A DNA stretch of 64,000 nucleotides, taken from Camelus ferus. Lineage: Eukaryota. Where the stretch lies: positions 34,102,001-34,166,000 of the forward strand of contig NC_045697.1 in NCBI RefSeq assembly GCF_009834535.1, given 5' to 3'. The notes beneath the pieces were generated by a model, which had not been told where the DNA came from, ran no database searches, and was given only the letters and a program-made list of their open reading frames with translations. Within the stretch, counting starts at the first letter, position 1. The number at the start of each line of letters is the position of its first letter. Of the stretch, positions 15,069 through 29,886 are shown piece after piece. The position numbers and the translations under genes were made by a program.

Positions 15069-18000
15069 ATATACAAGACATTGTCACCATTTCTCCTTTG
15101 CTTTTCATTAGTAGATCTTGTGACCTGTGCTCTCACTGTGGAATTAAATTTGAAGTAATACTTCATTTATTCTTTTTAAATGTTTCTGTAGCTTCTACCT
15201 CTATGCTATTTTTCACTGAAATCAATTTACAATTGTGTGCATGGAAATACTGTACCCATGACAAGTTGTTTTCAAGATGGCACACAGGGTGACAACTCAA
15301 AAAACCATTCACTGTTCTGAGCATTGACAGCTCTGCTCTGAATGAGACAAAGTTCCTTGCCCTCGTGGAGTTTAGGTTCTAACATGGGAAGACAGGCAGT
15401 AAACAGACAAGCAAGTATGAAGAGGACCATTTCAGGTAATAGGAAGTGCTATGAAGAAAGCAAAACAGAGTGATGGGCAAGAGAATGTTTTGGGTCAGAT
15501 TTGAGGGAACAGGAAACTTGGACCCGGTGATCAGGAAGACCCGTCTGAGAAGCTGCCGTTTGACCTGACATCTAAGTGACGAACAGCAGCAGCCGTGCCG
15601 TGTCCATTCTAGGCAAAGGAAGTAAGAAGCACAAAGGGTCTGGGGCGGGAATCACTTGACATGTCAAAGTACTGAGAGAAGGTCTGCGTAGCAAGAGCGT
15701 AGTGAGTGAGGGAGAAAGCAGAGTAGGATGAGATGTGGTTGGAGAATCAGGGAGAAACCAGACTGTGAGTCTTCAAGGTGTATCTTCATGCTCTTTAGCA
15801 GGTCATCACATTTGGACAAAGAACTGTCAGGTAATTAGAAATTATAAACAAAGGAAACATACAGATTCAGCCAAACGGTCAAACTACAAAGCAACACACT
15901 CAAATAAATGTTTACTCTTGTGTAAAACTCTATCCTCAATACTATGGGAGAAGGAGGAGGCATGATGCTTGCCCTTGAGAATCTTCTGGTCTTGCCAGGA
16001 TAGAAAATTATGATTGGATTATAGAATAATTCAGGGTAGGATTTATCCCGAGGACTATATCCAAAAGGAAGAAGCTTCCTGTTATCATGATTCTAACGTG
16101 TAGTAAAGTTACATAGAACTATACACACTTTATACCAATATAAGTTTCCTGGTTTTGATATTTTACAACAGATAAGATGTAATCAATGGGAGAAACTGCA
16201 TGAAGGTACATAGAACCTCTCTGTGCTATCTTCGCAACTTTCTAGGAATTGACGATAATTTCAAAATGAAAAGTTTAAAATAAAGTCCATAGGAAAAGCT
16301 TAACATAATATATTAAGAAATGAGCATCAGAATAGAAATTGAAACTATAAAAAAGAAGAACTGGAAATCATAAAATTAGAATATATGTTAGATGGATTAG
16401 CATTAGATTTTATACAATAGAAGAAGGGATTAGTGAGGTTGAAGGTAATATTGGACTTCTCTCCATTTTTCCATTGCCCCCATTCTTACCATAAATTCTA
16501 CCACCTCGGGGATGCCTTAACTGACACATTCACTGTTGGTTTATATTTGGTACCGTTGTGATTTATTCTCATGGCATCCTGTGCTTTTCCACCTTAGGAC
16601 TTACCAAATTATTAAGTATATCTTTATTTGGGCAATCATTTTTGTAACCTCTTTCTCTGTTAGATGCCAAGCTTCCCAAGGATATACACCAGGGTCCCTG
16701 TCTACTATGTTTATTGTTCTTTCTTTGGTGGCTAGAACTGAGAAAATACCAAATGAGCACTTTTTTTAATGCAGGACTGCTGAAGACACCTTTTCCATTC
16801 AAGATGAATTCTTAGATACCACACAGGTATTGAGTGTTATATCATAATGTTTTAGAAAATTCTTGTATATTCATAATAAGTAATAAAAAGAGACTGTCTA
16901 TAGTCTATTTTAGCTTCTGCTCCAGACTTTGTTACTGTTTCCATCACTTTGATTTTTAACATTTTTTCAAGCATGCTTTCTATCAGCCTCTGCTATTCTT
17001 CCTGAATCACAGTGATATAACATCATATAAGCATAATCTCCAAAGGAGTGTTACGGCTAAGATTTTATAAAATTCTTAAGATTTGGATGGAACAATAATA
17101 GATGGTACCATCTCAAGGAGATTATAATCATCCCCATAACTGCTTAGCTTTTCCAGTTCCTGACTTCCTTATCCTCTTCTAAAACCAGGAGCTCAGGCAA
17201 TGTGTCAATAACAAAGCAAGTGTATTACTTCATCTGTTCAGTGCATCATCTCCAGCAGTGAAGTTAATAATGCAACCTGTGTGGTATTTAAAAATGCTAC
17301 CCCCTGGTTAAATAAATGTTAAAAATAGAAAATGATATTAGATATTTCCTTTTAATATAATGGTTGAATGATCCTCCTCTTTCCTTTTAGATTCTTATAA
17401 ACAGTTGAATTCAAATGGCATATATGCTCTGGTCTCAGACAATTTTTATTCGAGGGGTCCCTAATTTCAGCCTTGGTACCCTAGCACATAGAGCAGCATT
17501 GATCATTTGTCACGTGTTACTGTGATAGCCTTGGCTGGGCAGTCCTGCCAAGTGGTATCTGCACTGAAGCTTCAAAGGTGCTTGCTTTGCCTTGAGTTAT
17601 ATTTCTACTCATTGCACTGAAGCATCTTTTTATATGAGTACAGATGTTCAATCCAGACATTAGGTGAGTTTTGACCTCCAAGGTGATTAAAAACTATGGA
17701 TTTATAAACCCCTCAGGCATCATTTGAAACTAAAGATGGTATTTAGAGTTTGAAAGATAGATTTCTCTGTACAACTAGGCTGGAAGTAAGCTACTTCTGG
17801 GCTACTTTCATACTAACTGGGAACAAAACTAAAAGTCTAAAATAAAGTCTATAGGAAAAGATTAATATAATATATGAAGAAATGGGGAGTATCAGAATAG
17901 GAATTGAAACTATAAAAAAAGATCCAGTGGAAATCCTAGAATTAAAAATATTTATTAGATGATTGTATCTGCTGGCCACAATGGTTTTATATATGGTCAT

Positions 18001-18754
18001 ATCTGCTGGCCACAATGCCCGTCTAATTGCAAATAGATCCACCCAAGATGAAAAGATTGTATGAGTGATCTGTGATTAGAGATGGATTCAAAATCATTCT
18101 AAGTCATGGCGGACACTGGTGGAATCTGCTGGAGAGTCATACCCAGTGTACACTTGGAACCCCAACAATCAAGAAGCAGAACTTTCCCCCTTCAGAATCA
18201 GATACTGATACTGTAATTTGCCTTCTTTCCTCCCATTCCTGTTCTTTACGGTGAATCACCTACACTTTCAGACTACTTTCTAAATGTCAATCAGTTCTGT
18301 ACTTTGATTAATTCCAGGATACAAAATGCATGTGAAAATAGACTTCATAAAGGTAAACAGCTCTCTCCTCAAGTCTAGCTTAGACTAGCTTGAACCCATA
18401 TTAGCTTCTGAACCTGGGCCCCACCCCATTTCATTGCTTTGCCCTCAGCTTCTAATGAAACATTAACCCTTCTGACTCAGCAACTGAATTCTGGAGAAAT
18501 CCAGGCAGGGACCTTTGATTTCTAATGACAGCCTGTGCTGACAGTTCATGGATGTCTTTAGCCCTCAAACCCCTGCCCAAATCTGGCTTGGTCTGTGTTT
18601 TGTTCTCTAGTCTTGGCTTAATTTAGCTAATCTCCAGAGTCTTCAGTTGTCTAACCATCTAATTCTCCTTTCCAGGAATCCCAAAATCTGTCTCTCTCCC
18701 TCTCTCTCTCTCTCTCATCTTCTCCCTGGCATCTAGTCTCCAATTTCTTCTATT

Positions 18755-19340
18755 CTCACAGCTAGGATTCTTTTGTGAATGAGAGAGAAATCTAACTTAC
18801 TTAAGAAAATCTTAACTTAACTTAAGAAAATCTAACTGGCTTAAGAAAAAAAAAAAAAAAGAGGAGGGGAGGGAATTTTTTGACCCGCACAACTGAAAAG
18901 TCCAGCAAAGTTTCTAATTCCACCTGTGGCTACATCCAGATATTCAAACAATGTCATCAGAAAGCATATCTCGTCTTCTCTTAATTCGGCTTTCATTTAT
19001 GTTAGCTTTATTTTCAGTAGACCCTTCTCTCGTGGTGGTCCCCAAACTCCAAAGTTTATACTGTCAAAACTCTTCAACCTCAGCACAAAGTACTTTCTTA
19101 TACCCAAGAGTTCCAACAACATAAGTCCTAGGATTGAGTCTTTTGGGGCCAACTCACGTCATATTCTCATGCAGAAATCAATCCCTCTGACCAGGAAGAT
19201 GGAAATCCCTAAATGCCCAGGTCTGCATCACAGGCTTGTCCCTCGAGCCTAGAAGATGCAATCATTTCCACCTCGATCACGTGCAACAAAAAAAAGTCAA
19301 GGCAACGCTATCAGAGGAAAGTGGAATGGAATCAGACAGG
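18755..19340. mobile_element. MLT1 (ERVL-MaLR) LTR relic
   Basis: ctaggattctttt...ctaactggcttaag...caactgaaaagtccag motif typical of MLT1J/K/L. Confidence 0.6.
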
Positions 19341-21234
19341 TCAAACCTATAGGCATCCACCATGACCCATCCAGACCCTTTACCTAAAGGAAACCTCCAG
19401 ACCCCTTGACGTGGGACCCAAGGCCCACTGTGACCTCACTCTGCCTTCCTCTCCTGCCTCACTTGTCCTGCCTCTCCCTTTCACTGACACACTCTTTGTT
19501 CCAGAAGTACGACTCGCAGTTTTTCCTAAATGCCTGCCTTGTTTTCACTCTTTGGAACCTTTGCTTGGCTGGCTCCCTAGAATTCACCTCTTGACTGATA
19601 CCTTTCCTCACTCCTCAGGCCGAGTTGGTGCTCCTCTGATATCTTTCCACCGCACCTTTGCTTACCTATTTTTTTTAATTTAACAAATATTTAATGCATT
19701 CATACTGTGTGAATACTGTCCGTGCACTAGAAAGCTAGTCAGCGATGAATAAAACAAAAGCCTACACTTGGATGGCAGAGACAGACAGTGAGCATCACAC
19801 AGACAAATACATCACACACAATGAACATCACACACACAAACACACGCATGCCAGGTAACAAAAAATTGCTATAAAGAAAAAAACAGTGGGTCTTGAATGC
19901 AGATACTGTATCTTCCATCTTTGGAGTTCCAATGCCTGTCACAGAGCATAGCACTAATTGGGCACTTAAAAGTCTTTTAAAATAATAAGTAAACTAATTA
20001 ATTACAAAACCAAAGGCATGACCTTAGAATTCATGTAAAATTGGGACCTTTTTTCCCATTATACTCCTATTATTACAAAAACAAAATTTTTAAGCTTTTC
20101 CCAAAATAAGAACTGTTAGGTAGCTTTCAAAATTAAATAATATATATAATAAATATTTTCTAATGAAAGGCATTTATTCTAATTAGGGACAGTCAGTGGT
20201 ACAATAATGGGTGATATTAATATAATGCTTTCAACCTATGTTGATACTTTAAGTGGCCCTAATGTATCTTTTCCCAGAAGTTCCTTTCTCCTGAAATCTC
20301 TGTATTAGAATCCAAGCTGATTGATAACACCACACTGCCCATGGTTCATAATCGTCTCCAATCCTTAGAAATGCTGTGTTGATTGTCTTCGGAAACCCTG
20401 GCTAATGCAGTAAGAAGATTCTGCCTGATGAGATGCAATAACAAGGACTTACCCACTTAGGTGTAGAACCTACAAGCCCCAGGATGTTCACACACAATGG
20501 ACATTACACATTCTGAGTATCTCCTTTACAACCATGTGAAAAACCATTATTACTCTGGCCAAAATCACTCTTTCCTTTACCTGAGAGCAAAACATTGCTG
20601 ATGACATCTTAAATGAGTATTTTAAGGGGTTTTACTGAAGATGCATCTGGAAAATGGCCCCTATTTGCATCCTTCAGAATTGAATGAATTTGCTGGTTAT
20701 AATGCATGTTATATTTAACTGTAAAAAAAGGACTCATCTTAAATATTGGAACTCCCTAAGCAATCAGTGAGTGTTTGGCTCAGGAATAAAATGCCCGTTT
20801 GTATAAAATAGCTTCTACTTTCTTGTTTCCATCATTCTCTTCTCAAAGCCCCCTAAGTTCCCACTAACATCAATTTAAGAAGTCACTCTCCAGCCACATG
20901 TTGTGTATCTCTCAGGCTTGAACTGCACATATTTGTAATTAATTCTCAGTTGCCTGGAAGTAACTACTCTATGGATTTTCCATCTGCCACAACTAAAGGC
21001 CAAGTACACCAGAACGAACTAGGACCCTTGGAATGTGTGTGTGAAATGCAGACTAGGAAGACCTTTCTCTAGAAAAAATGAGCTCAAACTTGGATTTTTA
21101 ACAAGCTTCCTAATTGACTTGGATGCACAATAATGTCCGAGAACCACTACCCTAAAGATTTTAGCCACTCAGGGATCTTCAGCCATCAAAACTCAAACAG
21201 AGCCCAACAGATGACTCTAAATCTGAGTTTCTCA

Positions 21235-21920
21235 TTCAGACATTTACTCAGTCTCCTTGGGACTATCTCAGACTCTGTTCTGGAAAAGCAAGGGGGATAG
21301 AAAGTGATGAACAGCAGCAGAGAAAAAGCAGCTGCCCTCCTGGCGCTTACATTTCAGTTGAGGTTACTGAAAAATGTATAAATAAATATGTGATATAATG
21401 GCAGATGATACTCACTGCGAAGAAAATGATGACAAGCTAGCCAGGTAACAGTTCTCACAAGAGTGTTTTGGGAGAGAGGAAGAGTAAGTGAAAGTGGCCT
21501 GAGGACTTAGGAGCATCAGGGGACAGCCAACAAGAGGCCAGACTGGCTGGAAAAGAGAGTTCAAGGAGCAGAGTGGTAGGAGATAAGGACAGAGGTGTCT
21601 GCAGGAGCCAAATCACATAGTGCTTTGTGGATTTGGATGAGAAAATTGGATTTTATTTCATGGCTTAGAAAGTTGCTAGATTTAAACAGAAGACATGGTC
21701 TGTTTTACATTTAAAAGGGATCACTCCAGCTATTATGTAGAGAAAAGACCACAGGGTAGCATTCCTGGAAAAAGGAAGATAAATTATGCTGCCAGGGATG
21801 TTTGTGGGGAGAAGCCATCAAATTCAGGATGCATTTAAAAGCGGAGCCATTACGACCTGCTCATACATTGGATGAGAGAAATGACGGGGAACAAGGAATA
21901 CAGGATAAATTTAGCAGCTG
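21235..21920 (-). mobile_element. L2 LINE fragment
   Basis: cattcagacatttact...; gaggccagactggctgg; ttggattttatt; aaaagggatcactccagct. Further L2 pieces at ~15300-15780, 23245-23480, 24260-24350 and 56580-56665 (tgaa tail). Confidence 0.65.
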
Positions 21921-22855
21921 AGAAACATTCTGGAAAATTTGCCAATTGTTTCATTTGATCTGCATCTTTTTCCTTCTCTGTTCCCTGAATTATATTATAT
22001 GAGATTTGTTTAGGTTTATGTAGGTTTGTACCTAACCTTCAGTTGCTTCTTGAAATGATGAAGTTTCCACTTCTGCCATGAGCTGTCAGAACATGCAAAG
22101 AGATATGCAAACCATCTCTAGCAAAACTCCCATCCCCCAGCCTCCAGCCCCCCTATTTAAAAAAAGAAAAAAAAGTTGTAGGAATTTGACGCCAGGGGAC
22201 GGGAGTTTCATGGCCCTGGTGAGAGCTGATGATGGACAGTGACATCACAAATTCAGTGTATGAGCCAAATGGGCAGATGGAAGACGTGTGGTTCCACACT
22301 GCAGGGAATGCAGCCGAGCGCTCTGGACAGTTTCGTTCAGCAGACTGCAGGCTTCTGGAGGGTAGCCCATGCTTCAGCCAGCACCCCTTCACTTGGCTTC
22401 CTGCTCTGTAGGACTTAGGAGCATCAAGGGATGAGCCACTCAGTAACGGGAATCTAACTGAATTGGCTAACAGTAAGGAAATCACTTTATGTTTGCAAAG
22501 TAGATTGAGCCCAGAGGTATTTCTTAACAGGGCTTTAAAAGTGCCACTGAAAACAACATTATATTTTATCCCAATTACACTGAAATGAGTTCTGCTATAT
22601 TTATATACTGAAAATATCCAGAACAGATCAGTTTGGTGAGTGGCAACATTTTTCACAGCCTAAGGCATTCTTTGGGGACATTGGGGGCAGAGAGAAGGAG
22701 CGGGTGAATGAGATGGGAGGGTTGGGAAAAGGTTCAATCCAGGTTAGAAAGTGAATGTGTAAATTCACCTAGGATTTCTACTGAGGGAAGACATGCAGCC
22801 AGCACGTCAGTGTTTCCAGAGCTTTAGTCACCCTCATGATTTTCACCATCCCTTT

Positions 22856-23213
22856 TGCACCAGTCAAGGTTCTCCAGAGAAATGGAGCCAATAGAAACAG
22901 AACCAACATACAGGCAAAAAAGATACTTATTTTAAGGAATTGGCTCACTCGATTGTCGAGAACTGAAATCTGCAGAGTGAGCAGAAACTCAGGCGGGATT
23001 TCTGTGCTACAGTCTTGAGGCAGAAATTCTTCTTCGCCAGGAAACTTCAGTTTTTGCTCTTAAGACTTCAAAGTGATAGGATCAGGCCACCCAGGTCATC
23101 AAGTAGAATCTTCTCTACGTACAGTAGCTGATTGAAAATATCAATCACAACTACAAAATATTTTCACAGCAACATCTAGACAAGTCAAGTTGACACATAA
23201 AATTAACCATCAT
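22856..23213. mobile_element. MLT2-like ERVL LTR
   Basis: Hallmark ends agtcaaggttctccagagaaa...caagttgacacataaaattaaccatca. Confidence 0.8.
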
Positions 23214-26200
23214 GCCCTTTTACCTCCTGCCTATCTATCTATATTTCATTCATCCGTTCATTCAATAGATATTTATTGAATGTTCCTATATGCCAAGCAC
23301 TTTTCTCAACTCTGGAGACATAGTGAATAAAACAAAGTCCCTGCTTTCCTGGAGTGACATCCTAGTGGGAAATTCTGGGGAGGAGCAAGTTGGACAAGAA
23401 GAGAGAGGACCAAGGGTTCTGCTCTGGCCGGTTTAAGATTGAGATGCCTTTAAACATTCATGTACAGGCTGTCCTGTAGTCAGGACAGTTAAAAAAAAAA
23501 AGGAAATGTGAATTAACTTAAATGTTTCACTCATTATAATGAAATATGAGGATGAACGTAATGTTAAGAAAAACGTGCACAAAGTCATCAAGTTAGTGTG
23601 CTAGTTAGATTTTTCTAAATACATTAAAAGCGATGTATATAGCTGTTTTGTTTTCTTCATAATGCTACTCCATTTTTAAAAACCAATTTTATGGGAAAAA
23701 AAGCATATTACTTGTTTATTTTATAAGAATGTATAAGCACCAGCAGTTCTAGAACCATACCTCCTTTGTTCACTGCTATCTCCCTAGGACTGTTGTGTCC
23801 TCAGAATTTAAAAGCAAGATATTGTGATTGATAAGCACTGCGCTGCAGGCAAGAGGGAGAGGGTTGACCAGCCAGGAGCTGTCTCTCCCCATCTCTGGCT
23901 TTTATGCAGTGAAATTCCAGGTTTTCCTTTATATGTGAGCACTCCAAGATTTGCCTGTAGTCAGGAAAATATTCAGGAGGGACCTTCAGGAGGGAAAATG
24001 AGAGACAGACTCAGCAGGCAAGGAGAAGGTGGATCTCATGTGATCACAAGTGAGCACATTTCAAAAAGTCTGCTAGAAGGAGCACCGAGTTGGAAAGAGG
24101 TCACAGTATTTGTCCAGCAAAACATTTAGAACCAACAGGAGATGGGGGCAATCACAGGGTTTGGAGAATCACAGGAGAATATAAGACTAAGGGGCTTTAT
24201 TAGTTGAGATCTTTGAAATTTGAAAACGTGGGACCTAATGTCCTGTTGCTCGTGGAGGGGCTGATTTCTCCATCGTTGTCTGGAACAGTGCCTGATGCAA
24301 AGTAGGCTCTCGATAAACACTTAGTGAGGAAATGAGTGAGGGAATGAATGAACTGTTAACACTTTAACATTTATCCATTGTGCACCTAAAATTACTTCAT
24401 ATAGCCCATAAATATACCTGTCTAATAGGGAGTGTGGGGAGGATGAAGGATTAGCAAACCTCTGGGGCTGCAGATCTAAAACCACATTCTCTGCTTCCCT
24501 TTATTAGACATCTTGCACTTTGATCGTCTATCTGAAGGGAAGAGAGAGGCTCATTTGTTGCCCCCTCACCGAAGTCTTAATAATAATTATATTCATTTTC
24601 TCTAAACTTAGGCTCAGTGACACTCTAAACTTAAAAGAATCAGTGCTGGTTTGACGATTATGTGGTTAATATAATAAAGCCATTGCCCTCAGTATTAGAC
24701 AGACTTACCTCCCCAATCACTGGAACCCCGAACAACTGCAAGCCTTACCCCCCAAAGCAGCAGGTTCAAAGCACAGCCCTGTGGATTGCACCTTCTCTGG
24801 AAGCAGATCAGAGGGAGACAAGATTCTAGAAGGCACGAAGCCACGTATGCCTGCCTCCTTCCAAATGTACCCATGAGATAGGTCAGTGGGGAGCAGTGAA
24901 AGAGGAGAAAGGGAAAAGAAGCCAGAAGTGTTCCTTCCATGGCTTGTCTCCTGGGGATTGGAGTGGGAAGTCCCTTCCTTTATGGCAGCAGGAAGGGTGG
25001 GGAGCGATATCTCACTGAACAATTATTACAACATTAGCAACTCTTTAGGAAATCTGTTAGTCCATGTCTGCCCTAGAAATCCAGTGTGTTGGCATCTTCA
25101 TTTGCCTCATTTCCTTCTGTCTTAAGGTTTAAAAATCTTCAGTGTCTGGATCGTGCCCAACTCAGATGTCGGTATTTCCTTACTAACTTGGGCAGTGGTT
25201 GACCATTGAAGATGCTGAAGCAATGCCCAGTGTGGCTCCTTGCTGCTTTTGAAGACGTGAATAGACAATGGTCACTTTTCCCATGAATAGTATTTTGGGG
25301 AAGCTGTGCCCACTATGGATATAAGGATCCCTTGGGGGTCTTTATATGGTTGAGGTGAAGGGAAAGCCACTCTTCTCCAAAGGGCAGGGGTTAAGGCAAA
25401 GCCAACCAGAAACTTGCTGGTGTCAGCAGTGATGTGGCTACCACACACCCACCTCACCAGGCAGCAAAAACTTGGAGGGTGGAGGATAAAATTTCATACC
25501 TCTAAAGAAATACTTATGCGCACCATCATACACACACTCACCTACACACACACAAACACAAATGCGCACACACACACTCTGTAACACCAGCCTTTAGGAT
25601 AAGTTTTGGACCATATAGGAGAAAGAATGGAGATGAGCAATAACTGTGACACAGCACTCCTTATTTTTCCAAGCAGAGAACATGGTAATGTTGATTTAGC
25701 AATAGTAGTGAAATCAGCTTTCATGGGCAGCTGCAGGACCGGATTCATTATTTTATATGTCAAGCCACTTAAAATTATGATTTCTAGCTCAGTGGCAGAA
25801 TATTTGGGGGGATTTCCACAAACTTATAAACCTTATGCAATTTATAAGTACCTTTGAGTCTGCGCTAACAGTAAGCAAAATATCTTGATAAAATGTATCT
25901 TGTTTGTCATGACTTCTGTTTAATGAGGAGCATCTGTATGCTTCACTGGCTGATTCTAAATTCTAGTAACTTGTTTACTTTAGAGGGATTTCATAATGCT
26001 GTAACTTAATGTTGCATACAGTGCCAATCAAGTGATCCCGTCTTGCAAGTATTTTTTGCTAGTATGCTGTGTCTTCTGCCTGGAATATTCTCCATAATCG
26101 AACTCTGTCAATAATTAGAAACAAACTCTTGAGATTACCTAGTGAAAACCTTTCATTTATGGATGAGGAAACTGAGTAATAATAAAACTAGGATAAGAAC

Positions 26201-27473
26201 ACTGTTTTCATCTCCCAGTCCTTTATTCTGTCCTCTACCCGTCCTTTAAGACTCAATACAAGCCCAACCTCCTCATGAAACCTTCCATGAACCCCAATGA
26301 TTTCTCACTTTTATGAACCGCTAATCCTGGTCTATCCTGTACCATTTAGCATTTGGTTAAAAATTCTTGTCACTTCCAATATTACGTCTTACTCTTGTTC
26401 TAAGGAGATTATTAGCTCAAGGACAAAAGTCCATGTTTGATGATTCTCTTGACTGTTCCACAGTGCGTAGCAAAATCACATGCACCACCTTATCTTCTGA
26501 TGTCCTTGTCCCTTCTCTAACAAATCCAGGGCTTTGTTCCTTGTCACTTCAGCCCTGCCATTCTCTCTAGTAACATAAATTTCCATATACATGACTTTTT
26601 CGACCATAGGTTTACACTACATTATATAAAAATATATATACATGTCCTTGACACCTAGCACTATAGCTGGCACATAGTAAGCAGTCAATAGAGGTTTGTT
26701 GAAAGAGAGATTTCTTGAGGTTACTATAACCAAGGAAGGTAGGCAGGTACACAGAGGAAGAAGCATTTAAATTGAGCCTTGAAGAAAACATATTGATGAA
26801 TTTGCAATGAGGAGGAAAAAATGATATTTGAGACAGAGAGTATCCTATGTTTGAATTCTAAATTGGGTACTTACTATTGGTTTGATTTTAGGCAATTTAC
26901 TTAACCTATCTGAGCCTCAGTTTCCCCATCTTCTGAACTAGGATAACATTATATATTTCATAGTGTGATGAAAAATGACTGAGACAATTACACAGCAGGA
27001 TTCAACACATAGTAATTACTACTAATAATAACAAAATAAATAATAACTCCTTGAATAAAGAAACCAATAAGCATGCTGAGTGAGGGCAAAGTGAGCAGCC
27101 CAGTTAGACCAGAGCAAAATCCTTCACAGAGGGAAGCGGTGATAGGTGAGAATGGAGGGAGAGATAGAAGCCAGATTCAGCCACCACTTCTCTCTCTAGT
27201 CAGCTTGAATCTTAAAGCCATCAACTGCATCACTAACTTCACTGCAGGTTGTGTTGATGGCCGAGGGGTATGAAATGGTTCATTCTCAGTAAAAAATCTC
27301 AGAAGCTTTGAAATAGACAAGACATGGGTTGGCACTTACTGGGGTGTAAACTTGAGGCAGATTGTTGTTGTAAGTATTAAACAAGAAATATATATGAAGC
27401 ATCTACCGTAATACTAGGCACATGGTGGACACTCAATAAATCTTAGCTATCTCAGCTGTGATGGATGTACCAC

Positions 27474-27986
27474 TGTTACCAGAGAGTAGGTTCTTGTTTC
27501 ACACAGGGAGGAATTCAAGAGAGAGCCATAGTGAAGTGAAAATGAGTTTATTTAGAGAGATACACATTCCATAGACAATGCGGTTTGTCTTGAAGGGAGA
27601 GCAACTCCAGAGCACGGGGTCATCTAAGAAAGTGAGAGCCACCCTGGGGTGAGCGGGTGGTTAGTTTTTATGGGCTGGGTAATTTCACGTGCTAGCAAGT
27701 GGGAGGATTATTCCAACTATTTTAAGGATAGGGGCAGGGATCTCCTGGAATTGGGTTACCACCAACTTTACCTTTTAGGTTAGCCTGAGAATTGTCATGG
27801 CACCTGTGAGTGTGTCATTTAGCACACTAGTGTATTACAATGAGCGTATAAGCAGGCTGAAGGTATATTGGAAGTCACATCTTCCACCATTTTGGGCCTA
27901 CTTGGTTCTAACCACTCTGTGTTGTAGCCTCAACGGCTATGTCATTCTTTTAATGGTTGTGCCCTACCTCCTTCCTTCCTGTCTCA
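27474..27986 (-). mobile_element. Solo ERV1-type LTR in GABRB1 intron 8
   Basis: TG...CA termini (tgttacc...gtctca) flanked by a 4-bp TSD CCAC (27470-27473 and 27987-27990). TTTATT near the left end gives the orientation. Confidence 0.8.
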
Positions 27987-29184
27987 CCACCATCACATCT
28001 CACTCTCTATACTTTTCTTTCTCTGTTTGTCTTTGCCTCTTTCTATGCTTTTCTCTCTTTCTTCCTCACCAGGTCCTTTGCTTACCTACCCAAACCTTGG
28101 TCTTTCCATAAGTGTTCACTGAGGTCAATGTCATCTGAAAGTATTTAAAGAGCACCTACAATAAGTCAGGCACTGTGCTAATAACTCTAAATTTAAACAC
28201 AGCTGCCTGGACTGCCCTTGGAAGTACTTCAGACTCATGTGCATGAATGAGCCATATCCCCTCCAGATAAATCAGTTTGCAAAGTACATCAGCTTGAAGT
28301 TAAAGCCACATTGTAGGCCAAAGGTACTCACGATTCCTGTAGTTCCAGAAGTGTATGTGTGGGCATAGCATAGAGAAAAGCCAGGGAGCCCGGGAGACGT
28401 ATCACTGGAATGGTAGGAAGTAACAGTGAACAATGGTGGAGACACAAAACTAAAGTATAATCAGGCATATCGTTTCAACCCGTGAATCCATCCCACTTCT
28501 GGCAATTTAGCTGGAGGAAATAATTATGGATATGCATAAAGATTCAGCTAAAAAATATTCTTTGCAGGTTTGTTTATTTAATAGTACAAAAGTAAAGCAA
28601 TCCTTAACATCCAAAGATAGACTGATTCAATTATGGTTTATCCATGTCAGCTATGATACATAATGCCACAGAAGAATATTTATTAACATGGAAAGGTGAC
28701 CAGACTATACTACTAACTACAAAAGCAGATTGCAAAGCAAAATACACTAGGTGAGCCTGTGTTTGTAAGTATATATGAATAGAAAAAAAGAGAGGTGGGT
28801 TAGCAAGATGTTAAAAATAATGGACTCCGAAGGTGAATTTATGAATTTTTACTATTTATTTTTTGTTTCCTGATTGCTTCCAGTTTTAAATGTTTCCATG
28901 TATCACTTTTGTGTATACATATATATGGCATTTTTTCATATACATATGGCATCTTTTCTTGTTACAAAACATATGTTTACACATAATGTATATATACATG
29001 TGGATTCAGTAAATGGTAGTTATTAATAACAAAAATTATACATTTCATATATTTATATATAACATGTAAGTATTATATATAATAACTATATATTGTATAT
29101 TCTTATGCGAGCTCACAGAAAACACCATAACACGCATGTGTGCACACACGCACGCATATGTACTCGTGTTCTGTGAGTGGTGAT

Positions 29185-29398
29185 AAATGATGGATGGATG
29201 AATGAATGGATATATTAGATTAGACAGATAATAAATGGCCGGTAGATTAGATGATGGGTTAGATAGATCGTAGATAAACAGTAGATTAGATTGATTGATT
29301 ATATGATGGACTAGATAAATAGATTGTAGACAGAGATGACTGACAGACAGATGCATACATAGATACACAGATAGATGTTAGATTGATAGGTAGATAGA
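29185..29398. repeat. Degenerate (TGGA/TAGA/CAGA)n tetranucleotide repeat upstream of GABRB1 exon 9
   Basis: Interrupted gatg/taga/gata/gaca units over ~210 bp. Confidence 0.85.
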
Positions 29399-29399
29399 G

Positions 29400-29886
<487 letters not shown>

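Noticed and set aside
22153..22656. 167-aa minus-strand ORF in GABRB1 intron 8
   Set aside because: Non-ATG start, no recognisable domain and no supporting splice or promoter context. Length is compatible with chance in 64 kb.
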